A DNA stretch of 64,000 bases from Eledone cirrhosa. Its lineage: Eukaryota. The stretch's first letter is position 1. The number at the start of each line of letters is the position of its first letter. The stretch covers positions 300,638,001 to 300,702,000 of the forward strand of contig OZ024740.1 in assembly GCA_964016885.1 (NCBI GenBank). Direction: 5' to 3'. This document shows, one piece after another, positions 55,094 through 64,000 of this stretch. The position numbers and the translations under genes are program-made. The notes beneath the pieces were generated by a model, which saw nothing but the letters and a program-made list of their open reading frames with translations, was not told the DNA's origin and ran no database searches.

Positions 55094-55519
55094 TATATAT
55101 ATGTGTGTGTGTATATATACATACACACATATACCACCCATGTATATGTATATATATATATATATATATATACATATATATATACATATTCATATATAGG
55201 AAAGATAGATGGTAGATTGATATATTATAAATAGATCGATATATATATTATTCATGTTTGTCCATTAAAGTGTTTGTATTTATGCATGTCTATATTAAAT
55301 AAAACGTTAAATTCCAAACTACAGTAAGCCAGATGCTGCATTGATGTTCAGTTTGGTAAAAGACCTATAAAAGTCTTGTTAGGACTAAATGGTTAATTTT
55401 TCTTGAAAGTCGTTTAGAGAATGTATACATCAATCATTAGGTATGCAGTTATCGATTTTTGTTATCTACACATTAAGTATGTATTAGTCAAGAGAAAGAG
55501 ATAAACAAAGAAGGAACCA

Positions 55520-55570
55520 TTAATAATGATGATGATAATGATGGTAATGTTGATTAAAATAATGATGATA

Positions 55571-55602
<32 letters not shown>

Positions 55603-55615
55603 AACAACGACACGG

Positions 55616-55681
<66 letters not shown>

Positions 55682-55700
55682 GTAATAATAACAATAATAA
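55520..55700. repeat. (GAT)n/(AAT)n microsatellite
   Basis: Directly visible. Confidence 0.95.
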
Positions 55701-56092
55701 TGCATAAAATGACTAAGAAAAAATAATCAATTTGATTTTTTAAATAAATGGAATAAAGTTAAGAAGGAAAACAAGATAATATATTTGCAAATAAAAAAAA
55801 ATAAAAAAATCACTTTGGAGTTTAAATTTCGTTCAGAAATGTACAAACACGTATTTTCGTTTAGTTTTTACAGTTTTAGTTACCATTAATACTTTAACAT
55901 TACCAGTGCTCCACTTTATCAATTTTCTTATTTCTCTTACCTGAATATCTATATAATTGGATAAATCTGTTCCTGTGTATATGTGTGTTTTTGTGTCAGT
56001 GTGTGTGAGAGAGGGTTTGTTTGTGAGTGGGTGTGTGTATGTGTGTGTGTGTGTGAGAGTGCGTGCCTGACTTCTTCGCCTCCCTCTCTACC

Positions 56093-56172
<80 letters not shown>

Positions 56173-56333
56173 TCTCTCTCTCTTTGAATATCTGGCAGTG
56201 CACGTTTGCGTTTTCAATATCATTTATAACATGTTACTTCCGATACATAATATAATATAAACACACAGCCATACCTACTTACAGTTACACAGAATTTCAT
56301 TCTTACTCTTAGCACATGCATAGAAGCACCTCA

Positions 56334-56431
<98 letters not shown>

Positions 56432-57498
56432 AATAGAGAAATAGAGAGAGAGAGAGACAGAGAGAGGAAATAAGGATGTACTTATAACAGGAAAAGTTTT
56501 TGCAAATAAATAAAACCCCAGAAATCTTATCCCTTTAACATCTTTCTTTCCCTCTTTGAACTGTAAACTCCAATCAAATCAAAGACCTTTTATCTCCCTC
56601 ATACACCTCACATCATATTTTCTGTCTGATTTTACCTTTTCTTTATAACATATTTCTATCGTAAGTCTATCTATATATAGCTATATCTTAATATCTCATG
56701 ATTTCTCTTTTACATTTTCAATAATGTTTAGTATATTCTAGTGATTTCTCTTGCTTATCCACATTCCCTCACTTCCTCCCATCTCTCTTTCATCGCTGAT
56801 CTCCACTACATGCAAAGTCATAAAGAAACACACATGAAAACACAAACGCACAAACTATCTCTGTATTAATCTGCCCCTATTTGATTTTAAGGTTACCACT
56901 TATTCACTCTCACTCATTCAATGTTTATTCTATCTTAAATATTATTTAAATATTATACAAATATCGCGAATTTTGTGCTTTCGTTCTTCTCTTCTCTATC
57001 TAATTGTATTTTAGTGTGCATTTTCTTTTTCTGTATATCTGTTACTCCATTTACTCAACCACTCTGCCGATTTCTCTCTTCAAAAGTTTTATCACTCCAT
57101 TTTTTGCATTCCCAATATATTATTTGCTCTTCAACTATTTCCGGCTAACTACTATTTCAGTACTCTAAGAAATGAACCTCAACATTTTCAACCAAAACAA
57201 ACCAATATAAACTCTTTCTAAGTTCCATCTCTCTGAATGTTGTCCCTATTTACACCGTCACCTCAGCTTGTTGCAACAAATATCATGTATTTTTCTATCA
57301 GCATTCGAATTCCAGTCTCTGAAACTCCACTCTCTGTAATATTAATGAACAATATATACTGCAGTCAGCATAGACACTATATATTTGACACGGAAATATA
57401 TGTCAAAGCAAATCTCTTCTCGCCGACGTTTTATTATTTTTCTTTCCGCAATACATGCTGTTTGTATATATATGTGTATATACATGTGTTTGTATAGA

Positions 57499-57598
<100 letters not shown>

Positions 57599-57633
57599 TA
57601 TATACAAACACACACACACACGCGCACACACAT

Positions 57634-57702
<69 letters not shown>

Positions 57703-58034
57703 TATAACAGACACCACATACTTTTTAAAATGAAATGCTGATTCGCGGAAGTTTCATCCTCTACTGGGACTTTTCAAAATCAGTTATTTAAGACTAAAGA
57801 ACCTCATTTTAACTGTCTATTTTAATGAACAATTTGCTTCATGTGTAATTATTATTTTTAGCAGAATAGTATTATGTATGCATGCTTTTTTTTATAAAAC
57901 TCTGTCAATGAAGTATGAAACATAGCCTTTTGTACTGCTTATTATAATAAATTACTCTATTTTGATCTGTTTCTCAACTACACCACCTTTGTTTTCCATA
58001 TTGATTTTGTAAAAAAACTATATCAATTTCATAC

Positions 58035-58099
<65 letters not shown>

Positions 58100-58103
<4 letters not shown>

Positions 58104-58441
58104 TAAACGGAAAAGAAAATGCTGACAAATTGTTTACAGTGAAAAATAGTTTAATTAGGAATAAGTGAGAATTAATAATAGTATTGGTTAGTATTCAGTT
58201 TTGGTTTAATTTTTACCGGTTGCGCATTTCTTATGCTTTTCAAAAATAATTTTGAGATAGAGCGCCCGTGATGTTTGCTCTATCTCAAAATTATTTTTGA
58301 AAAGCATTAGAAATGCGCAACCGGTAAAACTTAAAACCAAAACTGAATACTAACCAATACTATTACTAATTCTCACTTATTCCTAATTAAACTATTTTTC
58401 ACTGTGAACAATTTGTCAGCATTTTCTTTTCCGTTTACCAA
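58100..58441. repeat. Near-perfect palindrome
   Basis: Arms 58100-58263 and 58277-58441 with a 13-nt loop. Tail to ~58490; (TA)n flanks. Confidence 0.9.
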
Positions 58442-58476
58442 TATATCATAACTTGTGTGTTACACGTCTATTCTTT

Positions 58477-58541
<65 letters not shown>

Positions 58542-58563
58542 AAAGAATAGAGGTGTAACACAC

Positions 58564-58673
<110 letters not shown>

Positions 58674-58705
58674 GGGTAGGGTGCGCGCCTGCGTGTGTGT
58701 TTGTA

Positions 58706-59000
58706 AAATAAATCGAAAATGCAACTGGAGCCTTTTAAAGAGTATTTATTTGTTTCCTTTACTGGTTCCACAGTTCTTATGGTTTTCAAAATTAGAATTG
58801 TGATATAGCTTTTGTGGTATAAAGCCACAAAGCCAGCATCTCAATTCTAGTTTTGAAAAACATAAGAACTGCGAGGCCGGAAAATAAAATAAATAAATAT
58901 TGTTAACAACACCAGTAACGTTTCAGATACCATTTCCTTATACTTTCACGCGTGTAGGGCATCTCGTTATTTTTATTAATGAAACTCATTTTCTTATATA
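58706..59000. repeat. Older diverged fold-back with tail
   Basis: Centre tttgtgg-tataaag-ccacaaa (~58811-58831). Arms pair imperfectly to ~58930. Confidence 0.7.
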
Positions 59001-59800
59001 AAAGACAACCACACCCAATATAAGTTACACAGAGAGATCCTAGCTAGGGCTAGATCGTATAACGGAAATAAAAGACGATGTGACCTCTGCGCGGCTGAGG
59101 CCCTGGAAATACTCTACGCCACAGACCACATCTTAAAAAAAAAATCTGAGGTAATTTCGGCTTTTAAACATAAATTGCACAAAACTTTCCTGTATTACAG
59201 CCCCACGTTATACCCTAACGGATAGTACGATCTATACGTGGATATTTTACGTCTTGATGTGGTAGCTAAGTATATGTTTTGTTCATACCATTACTTATCT
59301 GCATAGGTAAGTATATATTACCTGTATCTTTTGTGAAGGTACGTATACCTTCTCGTACGTATATTTGATTGTATATGTTATGGCGAATAATTTTATATAT
59401 TCTGGTACATATGGTTTGGTTATGTGTATACGGGAGTTTTGCGTCTGTGTGAGTATGCAGGTTCGTACGTATGTAGGGTGTGTGTATATGTGTACATCAT
59501 GTTTTGGTTGACTTACGTCTCCGAACATTTGTGTATTTATATGTAGGTATGTGTGTGCGCTTGTTATATACGTATTTATTTATTTATATACGTTTATTTA
59601 ATTATTTATTTATTTGTATACACGCATACACACACACATATTTATATGTGCGTGGTTTTGTATACTTATGGTAAGTGTTTTCGCCTATGCTTATATATGT
59701 ACGTATTTGTATGCGTGTATGTATTTATTTAATTTCTAGTACCTCTGTATTGAATTTATTTACTTTGTTCTTAACTCTGAAGCGGAGATTCGTTCGGTCT

Positions 59801-60085
59801 CCTAGTTAGAATTTTAGTCTACGACTTCTGCTATACCATTTACGTGGTTTTGTCTTTGCGTGCAATTGTTCTCCACGCTCCAACTATGACGTATTATCTT
59901 CGTTTTTTTCGTTCATTGCCAGAGAACGTCTCTATGAACCACCTAAGAGAACATTAGTCTACGACCTCTTTTATACCATAAACGTGGTTCTGTCTTTGCG
60001 CGTAATTGTTTTTCACCGCTCCTATTAATGACGTATTATATTCGTTTTTTCCTGTTCTTTGCCGGGGAACGTTCCCACGAACCAA
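59801..60085 (+). repeat. Diverged tandem dimer, ~141-bp unit
   Basis: ttagtctacgac..acgtggtt.tgtctttgcg..atgacgtatta..gaacca occurs twice. Confidence 0.85.
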
Positions 60086-60349
60086 AGTATCGTCTTCCTG
60101 TCTTCCTCCGGTTGCAACGTTTTATGAAATATCCACTTCTGCGTTTACAGATTGACTTTGTTAGTTTCAGAAGATCCCGTTAAGGGTGAAAGCAGCGATT
60201 CTTTGCTTAAACTTTAATCTGTTATTTTAATAAATATATATATATAGAGAGAGAGGGGGTGGGGAGCGCGCGCGAGAGTGAGAGATAAATACATACACAG
60301 ATAAACGCAAACACACACTCACACACACAGGCACATACACACACACACA

Positions 60350-60421
<72 letters not shown>

Positions 60422-61349
60422 CACAACACATGGTTGCATTTCGATTTCAAGAATTGCTATTACTCGATGTTTGTCTCACACATGGAGGCAAAACAATACT
60501 TCTTAGCCCTTTGAAGGAGTTACGTTCTTTTCTACATATTCTGCAGCTAAAAAGGAATAGAAAGCTTTCTGTGACACGAAGCCATGCTCATGGCAAACAC
60601 CTGAAATATATTTACATCAATTAATACCTCTACTTAAAGCTTTCTTTTTTTTAATGAAGACAGTCTTCCATTCGACAAAATCTACTGTCTCAACAACAAT
60701 ACAAGTATACATAAAAGAGAGCAATTGAGCATTATTGGCTGCGATGGAAGTCTACCTTTTCCTAAAATAATGTCCTAAAAAGGATTATAATTCTTTGAAT
60801 TCCGGTATGCTATATTCATATATGCATACATATAACTAGTTGTGTATGTGTTCTGCACTCTTACTTTGTTCGATGCGTCTTCTCTGTATTCTTTGGTTCT
60901 CTTCTACTGGAAACTAATTATAATCAATTTCCTTTTATTTTTATGAACTAACTCTGATATCGAGGCACTACATTCAGCATTGTCCAATTATTTTCCAAAC
61001 ATTTCTAGCATTTTCTTGTTCAACTATTCTGCCTTCTCTATGTGATTGACGTGTCTGATCTTTCTCGTTTACCAATCAATAATATATCTTATAGTATAGC
61101 CCTTTTCTCTCGGGGTGCTGAATTATCCACATGTCTATTTTCTATTGTCTTTGATGGTAAACACTGATGTCTTCTTCTGTCATCTATATTATAACATTGA
61201 TTTACTTACTTACGCTTTTCAGAACGCTGCTCTATCAGATCATTGAATTGATTCTGTTACATATGTGTAAAACCGTTCATCAAATATTACAGACTTATAC
61301 AAATGGTTTTGGAATGATATAACTTCAAATTATTATGTCATAGAATAGT

Positions 61350-61860
61350 TTAATAGTGTTTATTTTGGGGTACATAAAAAGGTTGTAACTTTGCTGCTCG
61401 GAGTTTAATATCATTCGCAACAATAAAAATCATCTTTTACTCAAATAGAGCCAATTTTTGCAACGTTCAGTCCAATATATAATTCAATAGGATCTGAATC
61501 TTGCCAGCATTTTCCATTTTAGAAAGAAATTCGTGACATTTGGGTGTGATGTTGCAAGTTTTGTTTTGGGTGTCGTCTTAGGGTTTAGGAAGCAGATTTA
61601 AATTAGCCTTTCGACATACACACATCTTTTGACTGCCTATTGTTGGATTGTTCGGGTCGAGGTGACCCCAGCTTCGTATATCACAGATCCCGCATAATAT
61701 GTCACGTCTAGGTGGTATACCATTGTTTTTATGTATGAGCTAGGCTGTTCGAAGGAGTTTCCGGTAATATAGACACTAGTGCTTCTGGTTCCGACGTAGC
61801 AGATGTTATCTCTACTACAAACATTTGGACGACCTACAGGTAAATTCTTGATTATAAGCG
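61350..61860 (-). pseudogene. Heavily decayed PLE GIY-YIG remnant
   Basis: Minus strand reads SVIYEAGVTS and KWKMLARFRSY at positions expected from the other PLE copies. Confidence 0.55.
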
Positions 61861-61913
61861 CTCACATTATATTTCCAACAACGAAAACCGTATTATATTT
61901 ATAGATGCACTTC

Positions 61914-61979
<66 letters not shown>

Positions 61980-63377
61980 ATTTGTGTGTGTGTGGGGGGG
62001 GGGGTGTAAGATTGTCGGTTTTGGATACCTCTAGAAACAGATAAATTAAACTCAGGTAACAAAATCAGTTCGATGTAGGAAGAAGGGAGATAAAAGAGGA
62101 AATAGATAAAAGAAGTGTAAAATGAAATGAAATGACGTTATCTTGGAATCAATTTATCAGTCTCTATATTTCAGATTCCTCATCCAACATGAAGTTGGTT
62201 CCGAAGGAACTTAGAAGATTTGTCGGATAGGCCGTGTGTTCCGAGCGCCGGCGTCAGACTGATTGAAATAAGCGCTCTTACAGTAATTCTCCTACAGTAA
62301 TCAAAGGTATTTATGCTTAAGAATATCACAGATTAATGCCTCCATCTTCGTTTGAATATTACCTCGATTTCCTCTAAGGCACAGAATCTAATAATTTCTT
62401 TGCCTAAATAAATATATTCGTGGCCTTTCGTAATTGGTGTAAATTCTTAAAATTTGAAACTTAGCACATTGTCTAATTATAAGTTGAGACACTAGTAAAC
62501 AGTCGACCCAATCTTTTTTGATTATACATACACACATTCAACATCAGCATACTGTACTTAACAGAGGTTTGTTTTAGCTGAAATATAAGTGCTTGTAATA
62601 TATGCCTGTGTACTGAGAATTCCGGAGAAAATATTCCCCTTCAATGTTTTAAATTTGTTTATTCGTGTCATTTCATATAATTCGCCCATTTAAACATTAT
62701 TTTATTATTGAATTCAAATTAAGAGGTGACAAATGTTAGATACGAATAAATACTTTCCATGATATATGGTGTACTCAGATATATACCATTTCATAAAATT
62801 TACATCAAAGAATGAAATTTACTTGGTGTAGCATCTGCAAACTTTAGTAGTAAAATATGTTATAATCTTCATGCATCTTACAAAGGAGACACGATGGAGG
62901 TGTCGTATGTACACTACATGTGGAACAGTTGGAATTAGGAATGCTAGAATACATTTCATATTAATTTTGAGATATAAGGGCGGCAAATCAGTATACTAGG
63001 CGTTATAAGAACCTTTGAAACTCTATCATTGTCGACTGAAATGTTTACAAAACCTGGCAAAACTACAATGATTAGAATGCTGCAAACTCTTCATTATCCT
63101 CAATTTATAGCATCATTTTCTGTTTCCCGCCAAGAGAAATTTATTAACTGTTCATTTGTTTATGTATTGATTAATAATACATTCCGTGTTCCGTGTTTCC
63201 CTTACATCAACATGTGCAGTAAACAGTACGTTTTATTTAATTCTCTCTTTCTGAAACGAACGCAGGTTTGCAAGTCACGGTTAATAGAAATATTTCCATT
63301 GAGATATATAATATAGTATTTCAGTAATAAACAGCGAGAGATGAATTATTTAATAGTATGCAATAGAAAAAAATAAT

Positions 63378-63558
63378 TGTTACTACTATTGGCACAAGGC
63401 CAGCAATTACCCAGTACATTACTGGTACTTTATTTTATCGACCCCGTAAGAATGAAAGGCAAAGTTAACCTCGGCGGGATTTGAACTCAGAATGGCAAGG
63501 GCCGTAACTCTATGCGTCAAAGCATGGCATCCGACCCTCAACCGATACTGCCAATCCC
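63378..63558 (-). mobile_element. OK-like SINE
   Basis: Shared body; TSD aaaaaataat. Confidence 0.88.
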
Positions 63559-64000
63559 AAAAAATAATGAGCGTTTGCAGCAAAGAATATTGACAGTAGA
63601 ATGTTTATGTGCCTTCAGTATAGGCAAGGAATCAAATTAATTAAAATTTCCAGCATACCGATGAGAACAATTATTACATAAATAGGTATTTCTCATGGGA
63701 AAATAAGTTCAATAACATTAGATACATATGGAATTAAGTGTTGATTGCAATGGATTTTTAAGATTATGTAGACAATTCCACATACATTTCGGGATATTTA
63801 GTGAAACAGTCTAACCGTAACTACACACTGATAGCAAGAATATGGTTTTATAAACTTCTGTTGAATGAACAAATACAAGCATCATTTGTGTGCACTGTCA
63901 CTGTCTCATACACGAAACCTTACAAAATATCCATATGTAACAGACATTATCGATAAAAACATATCATCGGTATATTTCAGTGATCTTGTTTATTACTTGC

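Noticed and set aside
62155-62265. Minus-strand atcagt CTGACGC ... GAAA tatagag actgat
   Set aside because: Stem I is present but the core and cleavage triplet are both altered; too degenerate.

Overview
AT-rich, microsatellite-dense eukaryotic DNA with no host gene I can support. The SINE resembles the octopus OK family, so a cephalopod origin is inferred, not shown. The window is mostly transposons. It holds a nearly intact R4/Dong-like RLE retrotransposon in (TAA)n, and a full-length but decayed Tx1/L1-like LINE plus truncated copies in (TCTA)n. It also holds RTE remnants, Helitron remnants, eight SINE copies or fragments and many Penelope-like elements (PLEs; RT + C-terminal GIY-YIG). The most notable signal is a recurring architecture: 0.2-4.5 kb fold-back insertions in (TA)n with both 3' ends facing outward and usually one arm carrying an unpaired tail. 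Many carry minimal type-I hammerhead ribozymes (CUGANGA...GAAA...UH) whose stem III is palindromic. All structures were read by eye, so coordinates may be off by a few bases.
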